A stretch of 63,822 bases of DNA from Candidatus Limnocylindrales bacterium. GTDB taxonomy: Bacteria; Chloroflexota; Limnocylindria; Limnocylindrales; CSP1-4. The position numbers and the translations under genes are program-made. A model generated the notes under the pieces. That model was not told where the DNA came from, ran no database searches, and worked only from the letters and a program-made list of their open reading frames with translations. Positions 20,155 to 32,647 of this stretch are shown here, piece by piece; positions within the stretch are counted from its first letter, which is position 1, and each line of letters starts with the position of its first letter. The stretch spans positions 1 to 63,822 of the forward strand of contig DASSPX010000072.1 of NCBI GenBank assembly GCA_035699445.1, read 5' to 3'.

Positions 20155-20826
20155 ATGGCCCGGCAGCGCCCCGCCGACCCCGACCGTCATTCCCGCCCGG
20201 CGGTGCCGGGCGCTCGCATCGCCCGACCCGCCGCCGCGCTCCTGCTCGCGCTCGGCGCGCTCGCAGCCGCCGGCACCGCTCCCGCGCACGCCTGCTCCGG
20301 TGCCCCCGCCGTCCTCGCCGCCGATCTCGAGGCGCACCTCGGTCCGATCGTCGTCGCGCGCGTCGTGGAGCGCAACGGCCGCCCGCCCGGGCCGCGTTCG
20401 ATCACCATCGCGGTGGAGGAATCGCTGCGCGGCGCCGGACCGGGCCTGATCACGCTCGAGCGTCCGCGCCAGGCGGCGGGCGTGTGTCACGACGCGTTCA
20501 CGGCCTGGCGAAACGCGCGCCTCCTCGTCGCGTTCGAGCTGCGCCCGCTCGCCGGCGGGGGGCCGCTCATGCCCGCGTGGACGGTCCGCCGGGACGGGAG
20601 CCTCGCCGCGATCTACGACGACCCGCCGTATGCCACGCTGGACGAGGCACGCTCGGCGCTCGCGGCCACGCAGCCCCGTGGCGCCCGCGCCGAGCTGCCG
20701 GTCGAGACGGGGCCGGTCGTGCTGACCCTGCTCGCGGGCGTCTTGGTGCTCACCGCCGCGGCGGTCGCGGGCGGCCGTTCCCGGCGCGCTCCGGGGCTCG
20801 CGGCGCGGGCCGCGGTCAGGCGGTGA
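20155..20826 (+). CDS. Exported protein with signal peptide, Cys after cleavage site and C-terminal TM
   Basis: TACGAT 5 nt before ATG; AAALLLALGALAAAGTAPAHA-CSG; C-terminal hydrophobic helix then basic tail. Confidence 0.65.
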   Translation: MARQRPADPDRHSRPAVPGARIARPAAALLLALGALAAAGTAPAHACSGAPAVLAADLEAHLGPIVVARVVERNGRPPGPRSITIAVEESLRGAGPGLITLERPRQAAGVCHDAFTAWRNARLLVAFELRPLAGGGPLMPAWTVRRDGSLAAIYDDPPYATLDEARSALAATQPRGARAELPVETGPVVLTLLAGVLVLTAAAVAGGRSRRAPGLAARAAVRR

Positions 20827-21841
20827 TCACCGAGCGGATGATTCCCTCGAGCTGCGCCCGGGCGTCGTCGGCGATCACCTGGACGTGGTCGAGCTCCGCG
20901 AGCGCCTCGTCCCGGTAGCGGCGCGCCTGCTCGCGGGTGTACTCGCGGGCACCGGTGCGCTCGAGGATCGCGACCACGCCGGCGATCTCGTCCGGTGACA
21001 GCCCGTCACGGGCGACGAGCTCGGCGAGCCGCGCGCGGTCGGCGGGCTCGGCGTGCTCGAGGGCGAACAGGACCGGGAGCGTCTTCTTCCGCCGGGCGAG
21101 GTCCGTGGGCACCTTGCCCGTGGCCTGCTCCTCGCCCCAGATGCCGAGCAGGTCGTCGTTGAGCTGGAACGCGATCCCCAGCGCCCAGCCGAACCGGCGG
21201 TACGCCCCGATGACCTCGTCGTCGTCGGTCGCGAGCAGGGCGCCCGCCTCGATCGACGCGGCGATGAGCGCGGCCGTCTTGCGGCCGATCATGTCGAAGT
21301 ACAGCTCGACGCTCATCGGCTCGTCCTGGGCGGACGTCGCGATGTCGATGTACTGGCCCTCGCACAGCAGGACGCACGTCTCGTCGTACAGGCGCATGAG
21401 CCGGAGCACGGTCGCGTCCGGGAAGCCGAGGTCCGAGAGGCGGTGGAGCGCGATACGCGACAGGCTGAAGATCAGGTCGCCGGTGTTGATCGCCTGGGCC
21501 ACACCGTGGAGCGTCCACAGCGTCGGCCGATGCCGGCGCTCGACGTCGCCGTCCTCGATGTCGTCGTGGACGAGGCTGAAGTTGTGCCCCAGCTCGACCG
21601 CGGCGGCGCCCGGCAGCGCACGCCGGTGATCGCCCGCGATCGAGGCGTACGCCAGCAGGCCGAGGAGCGGCCGCATCCGCTTCCCGCGCGGCCCGTCGGA
21701 TCCGTCGAGCCCGAGGTGGTAGCGGATCATCTCGTACACGCCCGCGGTCGGCCCGCTGCGCTCGCCGACGACGCGGAGGATCTCCGCTTCGGTGTCGGCG
21801 AGGAGGATGGCGAGGTCGAGATCGGGCGACACGGCGGTCAC
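20816..21841 (-). CDS. Polyprenyl diphosphate (GGPP-type) synthase
   Basis: GKRMRP, SLVHDDIEDGD.ERR, KTAAL, FQLNDDLLG; GTG 21841 is 6 nt after TACACT. Confidence 0.93.
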   Translation of the reverse strand: MTAVSPDLDLAILLADTEAEILRVVGERSGPTAGVYEMIRYHLGLDGSDGPRGKRMRPLLGLLAYASIAGDHRRALPGAAAVELGHNFSLVHDDIEDGDVERRHRPTLWTLHGVAQAINTGDLIFSLSRIALHRLSDLGFPDATVLRLMRLYDETCVLLCEGQYIDIATSAQDEPMSVELYFDMIGRKTAALIAASIEAGALLATDDDEVIGAYRRFGWALGIAFQLNDDLLGIWGEEQATGKVPTDLARRKKTLPVLFALEHAEPADRARLAELVARDGLSPDEIAGVVAILERTGAREYTREQARRYRDEALAELDHVQVIADDARAQLEGIIRSVITA

Positions 21842-22127
21842 GGTCCGAGTGTAGACCGCCGCGGACAAACTTGCGAGCTTCCGGTAGCGGGTTGAGTCAC
21901 GCGGGCGACGGGCTCAGGTCGCGGCGCCGGATGCTCCCCGGCATCACCAGCACGGTGAGCGCGCCTGGATCGCCCCGCAAATGGGCGGATCCTGCGCAAT
22001 CCATGCACGCTGGAGCCCGGCATGAGTCCGAGCCGGCATCGCACGCGGTGACGTTGCGCCGTCGCCGTCGCCGGCGCCGGGACCAGGCCGCGGCGCCGGC
22101 GCCGACCGGTCGCGTGCTACCGTCGCG

Positions 22128-22898
22128 ATGCCGATGCCCGTACCCCGCCGTTACGTCACCGACGCGATCGTCCTGTCCCGCTTCGATCTCGGCGAGGCCG
22201 ACCGGGTGCTCACGCTCGTCACCCCCGGTCACGGCAAGCTCAAGGCGATCGCGAAGGGGATCCGGCGCCCGACGTCGCGCCTGGGCGGTTCGCTCGAGCC
22301 GTTCGCGGAGCTGCACGTGGCCCTCGCGCACGGTCGGACGTTCGACGTCGTGACCGAGGTGCGGGTCGGCCACGCGTGGCTCCGGCTGCGCGATTCGCTG
22401 CCCGGAGCGGCCACCGCGTGGTACCTCGCGGAGCTTGCGGACCGGTCGCTCGAGGAGCGCGGCGACGCGGAATCGATCTACGGCCTGCTGCGCCGCGCGT
22501 ACGAGCTGCTCGACGGCGGGATGCCCGCCGATCGGGTGGCGCGCTGGTACGAGATGCGCCTCGCGGACGAGCTCGGCATGCGGCCGGAGGTGGACCGCTG
22601 CGTGGAGTGCGACCGGACGCTCGAGGCGACGGGGAGCTTCCGCTGGGTGCCCGCGCTCGGCGGTGTGCTGTGCGAGCGGTGCCCATCGCCGCCGGCGTCG
22701 CGCTCGCCGCTCTCGCTCGAGGCGCTCAAGCTGCTCAAGGCGTACCAGCGACTCGATGCCGAGGCGCTCGCGACGCTCCGCCTGCCGGCAGACGTCGAGC
22801 GCGAGGTGGAGACGGCGATGCGCGACTTCCTGCGCCACGTGCTCGAGCGTGACGCCCGCTCGCTCGCCTTCCTCGACGAGGTCCGGGCGCCCGTCTGA
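22128..22898 (+). CDS. recO: DNA repair protein RecO
   Basis: GEADRVLTL.T..HGKLKAIAKG, CVEC..C..C zinc finger; start 22128 or 22134. Confidence 0.95.
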   Translation: MPMPVPRRYVTDAIVLSRFDLGEADRVLTLVTPGHGKLKAIAKGIRRPTSRLGGSLEPFAELHVALAHGRTFDVVTEVRVGHAWLRLRDSLPGAATAWYLAELADRSLEERGDAESIYGLLRRAYELLDGGMPADRVARWYEMRLADELGMRPEVDRCVECDRTLEATGSFRWVPALGGVLCERCPSPPASRSPLSLEALKLLKAYQRLDAEALATLRLPADVEREVETAMRDFLRHVLERDARSLAFLDEVRAPV

Positions 22899-22929
22899 GC
22901 CCCGACCGGTCAACCGCAGGAGAAGCCCG

Positions 22930-23349
22930 ATGCTGATCGACCCCGCGTCCGAGCGCGGTGCCCACGCCCTGGAGCGACTGGAGCGCGACCGGATCGCCTG
23001 GCTCACCTCCGTCACCCCGGACGGCCAGCCGCAGACGCTGCCCGTGTGGTTCCTGTGGGAGGACGGAGAGCTCCTCATCTACTCGTTCAAGCGCGCGGTG
23101 CGCAACCGGAACATCGCCCACAACCCGCGGGTGTCGTTTCACCTCGCCGATGACGGCAAGGGCGACGACCTCGTGATCCTCGAGGGCGAGGCGCGGATCG
23201 ATGCCTCGGCGCCGGCCGGCAAGGACAACCCGCCGTACCTGGCGAAGTACGGCGACTGGCTCGCAGAGTACGGCTGGACGCCCGAGTATTTCAGCGAGGA
23301 ATACCCGGTCCAGATCCGGCTCCGCCCGACGAAGATCCGCGGCCTCTGA
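22930..23349 (+). CDS. PPOX-class (probably F420-dependent) oxidoreductase
   Basis: AWLTSVTPDGQPQTLPVWF, RNIAHNPRVSFHL, YLAKY; split-barrel flavin/F420 pattern. Confidence 0.8.
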   Translation: MLIDPASERGAHALERLERDRIAWLTSVTPDGQPQTLPVWFLWEDGELLIYSFKRAVRNRNIAHNPRVSFHLADDGKGDDLVILEGEARIDASAPAGKDNPPYLAKYGDWLAEYGWTPEYFSEEYPVQIRLRPTKIRGL

Positions 23350-23351
23350 CG

Positions 23352-24554
23352 GTGGATCGCACGGTCCTCCGTGCCGGGCTGCTCGCCGGGGGCGCGGCCG
23401 CGGCGGCGGCGACGGTCGGCCCCGTGCTCGACGCCGCCGTGGGCCGGATCGAGGGACACCTCTGCCGGGTCCACCGATCGGGTCCGTACCCCGCCTCCGA
23501 GCGCGCCCGGGCCCTCCACGCGACGATCCCGGTGACGGACCTCCACGCTGATTCGCTCCTGTTCGGCCGCGACCTCGCGGTCCGCGGGTCGCGGGCGCAC
23601 GCCGACGTCCCGCGGCTGCTCGAGGGCGGCGTCGCGCTCCAGGTGCTCGCGGCGGCGACGCGGATCTCGCGCCACGTCAAGCTGACCGGCAACGACGATC
23701 GGGGCGACGACGTCCGCTGGCTCGCGATCGCCCAGCGCTGGCCGGTGCGGACGTGGTCCAGCCTCCTCGAGCGCGCGCGGCACCTGGCGGCCCGGGCACG
23801 CGACCTCGAGCGGCGCTCCGATGGTCGCTTCCGGGTGATCGCGACCCGCGACGACCTCGACCGCCTGCTCGCCGAGCGGGCCGCGGGCGCGAGGGTCGTG
23901 GGCGGGCTGCTCGCGATCGAGGGCGCGCAGGCGCTCGAGGGCGACCCGGAGCACGTCGGCGTCGCGTTCGAGGCCGGGTACCGGATGATCTCGCCGGCAC
24001 ACTTCTTCGACACTGCGTTCGGTGGCTCGGCGCACGGGGCGCGACGCGGCGGCCTCACGCCGCTCGGGCGCGACATGGTCGCCCGCATGGAGGCGCTCGG
24101 GATGGTCGTGGACGTGGCGCACGCGTCGGAGGCCACGATCGACGACGTGCTCGCCGTGGCGACGCGACCGGTGGTCGCCTCGCACACCGGCGTGCGCGGG
24201 ACGTTCGATTCGCCGCGCAACCTGTCCGATGCGCAGCTGCGCGGGCTCGCCGCGACCGGGGGCGTGGTCGGGATCGGGTTCTGGGACGCCGCGACGGGCG
24301 GGAGCGACGCGGCCGCGATCGTGCGGGCGATCGGCCACGCGGTCGACGTGGCCGGCCCGGATCACGTCGCGCTCGGCTCGGACTTCGACGGCGCAGTGCC
24401 GACGCCGTTCGACGCGACCGGCCTGCCGATGCTCACCGACGCGCTGCTCTCGGCGGGGTTCGCGGAGCCGGTCGTGCGGGGCGTGATGGGCGAGAACGCG
24501 ATCCGGGTGCTCCGGGCGGTGCTGCCGCCGGGGAGGGCCGTGCCCCTCTGCTAG
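23352..24554 (+). CDS. Membrane dipeptidase (peptidase M19)
   Basis: DLHAD, LAIEG, VDVAHAS, SHTG, PRNLSD, GSDFDG. Confidence 0.9.
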   Translation: MDRTVLRAGLLAGGAAAAAATVGPVLDAAVGRIEGHLCRVHRSGPYPASERARALHATIPVTDLHADSLLFGRDLAVRGSRAHADVPRLLEGGVALQVLAAATRISRHVKLTGNDDRGDDVRWLAIAQRWPVRTWSSLLERARHLAARARDLERRSDGRFRVIATRDDLDRLLAERAAGARVVGGLLAIEGAQALEGDPEHVGVAFEAGYRMISPAHFFDTAFGGSAHGARRGGLTPLGRDMVARMEALGMVVDVAHASEATIDDVLAVATRPVVASHTGVRGTFDSPRNLSDAQLRGLAATGGVVGIGFWDAATGGSDAAAIVRAIGHAVDVAGPDHVALGSDFDGAVPTPFDATGLPMLTDALLSAGFAEPVVRGVMGENAIRVLRAVLPPGRAVPLC

Positions 24555-24557
24555 CAT
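24549..24557 (+). promoter_or_regulatory. Extended -10 promoter for glyQS
   Basis: TGcTAGCAT. Confidence 0.55.
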
Positions 24558-24619
24558 CGCGGCTCTTCCTCCTCCCGCGACCGTCCCTTCCACGGCCGGC
24601 CGCCCTTCGGAGCACCCCT

Positions 24620-26023
24620 GTGACCACCTCCGTCCCCGACGACGTCCAGCCGGCGGTCGCCGCCCTCGACACGATCGTCTCGCTGGGCAAGCGCCGCGGC
24701 TTCTTCTTCCCCTCGAGCGGGATCTACGGCGGCATCAATGCGGTCTGGGACTACGGCCCGCTGGGCGTCGAGCTCAAGAACAACGTCAAGCGCGCCTGGT
24801 GGCGGGCGATGGTCCAGGAGCGCGACGACATCGTGGGTCTCGACGCGGGGATCCTCATGCACCCGCAGGTATGGGTGACGTCGGGCCACGTCGCGTCGTT
24901 CAGCGACCCGCTCGTCGAGTGCGCCACGTGCCACCGCCGGTTCCGGCTCGACGAGCTGCCGGGCGCCGAGGACCTGACCGCGACCGAGCTGCGTGACGAG
25001 GGGATCGTCGAGCGGCTCGGGCTCGTGTGCCCGGTGGACGGTGGCCCGCTGTCGCCGCCCCGCCGGTTCAACCTGATGTTCACGTCGCACATGGGGCCGG
25101 TCGAGGACGAGGGCTCGATCGTGTACTTCCGGCCGGAGACCGCCCAGGGCTCGTACGTGAACTTCAGGAACGTCCAGCAGAGCTCCCGGAAGAAGATCCC
25201 GTTCGGGATCGCGCAGATCGGCAAGTCGTTCCGGAACGAGATCTCGCCCGGCAACTCGCTGTTCCGGACGCGCGAGTTCGAGCAGATGGAGATGCAGTAC
25301 TTCGTCCGCCCGGGCGAGCCGGCGTCGGCGGCGTTCGACGAGTGGCTGCCGCGGCGGCGCGCGTGGTACGAGGCGTACGGCGTCTCGCCCGAGCGGCTGC
25401 GAACGCGCGAGCACGCGCCGGACGAGCTGGCGCACTACGCGAAGAAGGCGGTCGACGTCGAGTACCGCTTCCCGTTCGGCTGGAAGGAGCTCGAGGGGAT
25501 CCACAACCGGGGTGACTTCGACCTCGGCTCGCACGCGAAGGCATCGGGCGAGAACCTCGAGTACTTCGACCCCGCGACCGAGGAGCACTTCATCCCCTGG
25601 ATCGTCGAGACCGCGGCCGGCGCGGACCGGGCGGCGTTCACGTTCCTCATCGACGCCTACCGGGAGGAGGAGGTGCGCGGCGAGAAGCGGGTCGTGCTCG
25701 GGCTGCACCCGGAGCTCGCTCCGTACAAGGTGGCCGTGCTGCCGCTGCTCAAGAAGCGTGCCGACGTGGTGGAGATCGCCCGCCGGCTGCGCGACGACCT
25801 CGCCCGCGACACGATGGCCGTGTACGACGACACGGCCGCGATCGGCAAGCTCTACCGGCGCCAGGACGAGATCGGCACGCCGTGGTGCGTGACCGTGGAC
25901 GTCGAATCGACCGAGGACGGGGCGGTCACGGTTCGCGACCGCGACGCGATGACGCAGGAGCGGGTGCCGATCGAGGGCGTGAAGCGGCTCATCCTCGACC
26001 GGCTGGCGGCGGCGCGGCCGTAG
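24620..26023 (+). CDS. glyQS: Glycine--tRNA ligase, alpha2 type
   Basis: [60 protein letters not shown]. Confidence 0.97.
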   Translation: MTTSVPDDVQPAVAALDTIVSLGKRRGFFFPSSGIYGGINAVWDYGPLGVELKNNVKRAWWRAMVQERDDIVGLDAGILMHPQVWVTSGHVASFSDPLVECATCHRRFRLDELPGAEDLTATELRDEGIVERLGLVCPVDGGPLSPPRRFNLMFTSHMGPVEDEGSIVYFRPETAQGSYVNFRNVQQSSRKKIPFGIAQIGKSFRNEISPGNSLFRTREFEQMEMQYFVRPGEPASAAFDEWLPRRRAWYEAYGVSPERLRTREHAPDELAHYAKKAVDVEYRFPFGWKELEGIHNRGDFDLGSHAKASGENLEYFDPATEEHFIPWIVETAAGADRAAFTFLIDAYREEEVRGEKRVVLGLHPELAPYKVAVLPLLKKRADVVEIARRLRDDLARDTMAVYDDTAAIGKLYRRQDEIGTPWCVTVDVESTEDGAVTVRDRDAMTQERVPIEGVKRLILDRLAAARP

Positions 26024-26065
26024 CTCGGGGCTCGGCCCGCCGGATGCGACGGGCGGTGGCCGGGA

Positions 26066-27592
26066 TCAGGCGGCTGTTGCCTCCGGCGCCGGCGGGTAGA
26101 CCCCCCGCAGGTAGGCGTCGATCGCCGCGGCCGCGCGCTTGCCGTCGCCCATCGCAAGGATGACCGTAGCGGCGCCGCGCACGATGTCACCGCCCGCGAA
26201 CACCCCGGGCAGGTTCGTCATGCCGTGCTCGTCGGTGGTGATGTAGCCCCACGCATTGACCGTGAGGTCCGACGCGCTCGCGGTCAGCAGCGGGTTCGAG
26301 CGCGTCCCGATCGCGACGACGACGATGTCGCACGGGATCGTGAACTCCGAGCCTGGCACTTCCACTGGCCGTCGCCGTCCCGATTCGTCCGGCTCGCCCA
26401 GCGCCATCCGGAGGCACCGCAGGCCCGTCACCCAGCGCTCGTCGTTCCCGACCACCTCGACCGGCGCGACCTGGAGCTCGAACCGGATGCCTTCCTGCTC
26501 GGCGTGGTGGACCTCCTCCACGCGTGCGGGGAGCTCGTCGCGGCCACGCCGGTAGACGATCGTGGCTTCGCTCGCGCCCAGCCGGCGCGCAGTCCGCACC
26601 GCGTCCATCGCGACGTTGCCGCCGCCGACGACCACGACCCGCTGGCCGTGGAGGATCGGCGTCTCGGCGTCGGGCTGGTAGGCGCCCATGAGGTTGATGC
26701 GCGTGAGGTACTCGTTCGCCGAGTACACGCCCTTGAGGTTCTCGCCGGGCACGTTCATGAACACCGGCAGGCCCGCGCCGACGGCGAGGAACACGGCGTC
26801 GAACCGCTCCCGCAGCTCGGCGAGCGTCCAGGTCCGGCCGATGATCGCGTTTGCCTCGAATTCGACGCCCGCCGCGCGCAGCCGGTCGACCTCGGCCTGG
26901 ACGATGTCCTTCGGCAGCCGGAACTCGGGGATGCCGTACACGAGCACGCCGCCCGGGGCGTGGAACGCCTCGAACACGGTGACCTGGTGCCCGGCCTTCG
27001 CCAGCTCGCTCGCCGCCGTGAGCCCGGCGGGGCCCGACCCGACCACCGCGACTCGCTTCTCGCTGACCGGCCGCGGCTCGCCGTTCCTCGCCTCGGGGTG
27101 GGCCATCGCCCAGTCCGCGACGTAGCGCTCGAGCCAGCCGATCGCCACCGAGTCACCCTTCTTCCCGCGCAGGCACAGCCCCTCGCACTGCTTTTCCTGC
27201 GGACAGACGCGCCCGGTCACGCAGGGGAGGGCGTTGTCGTCAAGGAGCGAGTCGGCCGCGCCGGCAAGATCGCCGTCCCGCAGCCGGGCGATGAACCGCG
27301 GGATGTTCACACGCACCGGGCAGCCGTCGATGCACTTCGGGTTCTTGCACTGCAGACAGCGCTCGGCCTCGATGAACGCGAGCTGCTCGGTGAGCCCGAG
27401 ATTGACCTCGGTGAAGCTCGTGGCACGAACGGCGGCGTCCTGCTCGGGCATCGACACCCGCTCGATGAGCATCCGCTCCTTCGGGCTGACGGCCGGATGC
27501 TCGCCACGCGCGATGCGCCGGATGAGGTCGCGGACGGTCTCGGGATCGGGTGGTGTGGCCGGGGCAGGGGTGCGCTTCACGGTGTCGGTCAT
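26066..27592 (-). CDS. sudA: SudA/NfnB (GltD-like) large subunit of NADPH:ferredoxin oxidoreductase
   Basis: RCLQCKNPKCIDGCPV, GRVCPQE.QCE, GSGPAG, GVLVYGIPEFRLPK, GGGNVAMD, GGDIVRGAATVILA; ATGA overlap with sudB. Confidence 0.9.
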   Translation of the reverse strand: MTDTVKRTPAPATPPDPETVRDLIRRIARGEHPAVSPKERMLIERVSMPEQDAAVRATSFTEVNLGLTEQLAFIEAERCLQCKNPKCIDGCPVRVNIPRFIARLRDGDLAGAADSLLDDNALPCVTGRVCPQEKQCEGLCLRGKKGDSVAIGWLERYVADWAMAHPEARNGEPRPVSEKRVAVVGSGPAGLTAASELAKAGHQVTVFEAFHAPGGVLVYGIPEFRLPKDIVQAEVDRLRAAGVEFEANAIIGRTWTLAELRERFDAVFLAVGAGLPVFMNVPGENLKGVYSANEYLTRINLMGAYQPDAETPILHGQRVVVVGGGNVAMDAVRTARRLGASEATIVYRRGRDELPARVEEVHHAEQEGIRFELQVAPVEVVGNDERWVTGLRCLRMALGEPDESGRRRPVEVPGSEFTIPCDIVVVAIGTRSNPLLTASASDLTVNAWGYITTDEHGMTNLPGVFAGGDIVRGAATVILAMGDGKRAAAAIDAYLRGVYPPAPEATAA

Positions 27593-28455
27593 CGCGCGGC
27601 GACCTCGGGGACGCGCCCGGCGGCGAGCGCGGGGATGCGACACGCCTCGCGACGCTCCATGGCCGCCTGCTCGAATGCGCGGTACGTCGTCAGGCGGTCC
27701 ATGAGCAGGGCGAAGTCGACCGCGTGGCCGTCGAACTCGGGGCCGTCGACGCAGGCGTAGCGGGTCTCGTCGCCGACGCTGACCCGGCAGCCGCCGCACA
27801 TCCCGGTGCCGTCGACCATGATCGCGTTGAGCGAGACCTGGGTCGGGACGCCGTAGCCGCGGGTCAGCTCGCTGACCGCGCGCATCATCGGCACCGGGCC
27901 GACCGCGTAGACGGCGTCGATGCCGCCCGCCTCCAGGAGGTCGCGAAGCGCCTCCGTGACGAAGCCCGGCCGGCCGTAGCTGCCGTCGTCGGTGCAGCTG
28001 ACGACCGTGCCCGCGCGGGCGAGGTCGTCCTCGAGGATCACCCACTCGCGGGATCGCCCGCCGATGACGCTCGTGACGGCGACGCCGCGGCGGGCGAGCT
28101 CCTGGGCGATCGGCAGGATGACCGCGGTGCCGACGCCCCCGCCGACGCACACCGCGCGTCCGGCCTCGAGCAGCTCGGTCGGTCGGCCGAGGGGCCCCGC
28201 GACGTCCGAGATCGCCTCCCCGACGTCGAGCTCGCACAGGTCGGTCGTGCTCTTGCCGACCGACTGGATGACGAGCGAGATCGTCCCGGCGCGGGGATCC
28301 GCGTCGGCGATCGTGAGCGGGATCCGCTCCGCGCCCGGTCCCAGCCGCACGATGACGAACTGGCCGGGCCTGCGGACCGCCGCGATCCGGGGAGCCTCGA
28401 GGTCGAGGCGGGTCACGTTCGGGGAGAGCTGGGTGCGCGCGACGATCGGATGCAT
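27589..28455 (-). CDS. sudB: SudB/NfnA small subunit (FAD/NAD-binding, 2Fe-2S)
   Basis: RPGQFVIV, ERIPLTIAD, GPLG, IMVDGTGMCGGCRV, ACVDGPEFD. Confidence 0.92.
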   Translation of the reverse strand: MHPIVARTQLSPNVTRLDLEAPRIAAVRRPGQFVIVRLGPGAERIPLTIADADPRAGTISLVIQSVGKSTTDLCELDVGEAISDVAGPLGRPTELLEAGRAVCVGGGVGTAVILPIAQELARRGVAVTSVIGGRSREWVILEDDLARAGTVVSCTDDGSYGRPGFVTEALRDLLEAGGIDAVYAVGPVPMMRAVSELTRGYGVPTQVSLNAIMVDGTGMCGGCRVSVGDETRYACVDGPEFDGHAVDFALLMDRLTTYRAFEQAAMERREACRIPALAAGRVPEVAAR

Positions 28456-28589
28456 GGCCCTCGGACGGTGCGAGTTCTCCGCACCGGATCGTGCGATGGA
28501 GCGGGGTGGGCGGCCACCCGTCCTCCGGCCCTCGCGGGGCGTGCCGAACGTCACGAGGTTGGAGGACTCGCGCCGGGGGCGCGCGGTTT

Positions 28590-28728
28590 GCTGGCTGAGC
28601 CGCCGGGCGTTCCACCGGCTGACTGGCCCGCCGTCTGGCGCGTGTGGCGTGCCAAACGGCGACGGAGACGGCCGATTCGCGCCTTGAGGTGGGCCCGCGG
28701 AAGGCTTCCGTCATCAGGGTGAGCCGCC
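28590..28728. ncRNA. Candidate structured element, copy A (unassigned family)
   Basis: Aligns without gaps (52/71 nt) to 62127-62197 and shares three predicted helices with copy B. Confidence 0.5.
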
Positions 28729-28783
28729 AGCGGTGCCATGGACGGCCGGGCGCGGTGCGGACGTTCGCCCGCGCCCGGGAGCG

Positions 28784-29620
28784 CTAGGCGCGGTCCGCCG
28801 TGTCGCCAGCGCCGACCCCCGCCTCGGCGACCTGCTTCCCCTTCGGCCAGTAGAGCTCCTTCTTCACGTGGAACTCCGGGAAGCCGCGGTCCATGAGGAT
28901 CCGCTCGACGTTGAGGATCATCTCCGGGTTGCCGCAGATGTACACCACCGTCTGCTCCGGATCGAGGCGGAGGTGCCGCACGACGTCGCCCACGTTCGCC
29001 TCCACCCGCCCGGTCCGGCCGGTCCAGCCCGCGTTGCGCGGGTCGCTCGGGCGCGAGACCGTCGGCACGTAGGTCACAGGGTAGGTCCCGTCGCGCTCCC
29101 AGCCCTCGAGGAGCTCGCGATAGCCAAGCTCGTGCTCGTACGACACGCCGTTGAGCATCACGGTGCGGCGCGGCCGGCCGTCGCGCATCGTCTGGCGGAT
29201 CATCGAGATGAACGGCGCGATGCCCGTCCCCGTGGACACGTACAGGTGCGTCCGGTCGTCGTCTGGCTCGAGCATGAACCGGCCCTTGGGCCCGATCATC
29301 CGCATCCGGTGGCCCACCGGCAGCCGCCATAGCGCGGTCGTGAACCGGATCACCGGCACGAGGCGCACGTACAGCTCGTAGCCCTCCTCGCCTGCCACGG
29401 CGGGCGCCGACGCGACGGAGTACGGCCGCTGGAGCATCCGGTCGTCGACGACCACCCCGGTCGTCATGTACTGGCCCGGCTCGAACGGCGTCGGGTCGCC
29501 GTCGAACTTCACCCAGAAGTAGGCCAGGTCGTCCGTCTGGTCGACGCGCCGGACCAGGGTCGCGTTGTACTGGGGAGCATCCGCGGCGATCTGCCGGCGG
29601 TCCTCGTCGTGATGGGGCAT
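28784..29620 (-). CDS. fpr: Ferredoxin/flavodoxin--NADP+ reductase
   Basis: PGQY, RPYSVAS, STGTGIAPF, VYICGNPEMI; ATG 7 nt after TACACT. Confidence 0.9.
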   Translation of the reverse strand: MPHHDEDRRQIAADAPQYNATLVRRVDQTDDLAYFWVKFDGDPTPFEPGQYMTTGVVVDDRMLQRPYSVASAPAVAGEEGYELYVRLVPVIRFTTALWRLPVGHRMRMIGPKGRFMLEPDDDRTHLYVSTGTGIAPFISMIRQTMRDGRPRRTVMLNGVSYEHELGYRELLEGWERDGTYPVTYVPTVSRPSDPRNAGWTGRTGRVEANVGDVVRHLRLDPEQTVVYICGNPEMILNVERILMDRGFPEFHVKKELYWPKGKQVAEAGVGAGDTADRA

Positions 29621-29766
29621 CGCCGCCAGTGTAGCCGCGACGCCGGGCCGGCCGACCGGGACGACGGGGAGCGTTCGGGTTGCGGCCCGGTCGCATGACC
29701 GCACCGCGGACCGGCCCCGGTCGCATCGCGACCCAGTCGCAACCCGGGGCCGGAAGAGCCGGCGGG

Positions 29767-29772
29767 TACAAT
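29767..29772 (+). promoter_or_regulatory. -10 element for ppdK
   Basis: TACAAT in GC-rich intergenic DNA; SD AGGAG upstream of ATG 29836. Confidence 0.6.
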
Positions 29773-29835
29773 CGGCACGATCCCCGAACGTCCGAGCGGG
29801 CCCGTGCCCGCCCTTCGACCCGCAGGAGCCGCCCA

Positions 29836-32634
<2,799 letters not shown>

Positions 32635-32647
32635 CCGCTCGCCCGAG

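Noticed and set aside
21870-22127. Small ORFs or an RNA in the prenyltransferase-recO spacer
   Set aside because: Candidate ORFs lack SD or leaderless context and motifs; no distinctive helix set found beyond GC-rich background pairing
23352-23420. Tat signal on the M19 dipeptidase
   Set aside because: Only DRTVLR, no twin-arginine; export route left uncalled
24558-24619. T-box upstream of glyQS
   Set aside because: Leader is only about 60 nt, pyrimidine-rich, with no stem I or UGGNACC bulge
28606-28616. Minus-strand GGUGGAACG in elements A and B as a T-box antiterminator
   Set aside because: Reads UGGAACG rather than UGGNACC; no stem I or specifier loop; downstream genes are not amino-acid related
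28636-28655. TGGCACG as a sigma-54 -24 element (also 62178-62184)
   Set aside because: No TTGC -12 box; GG-N10-GC holds in copy A only; better explained as one strand of a conserved helix
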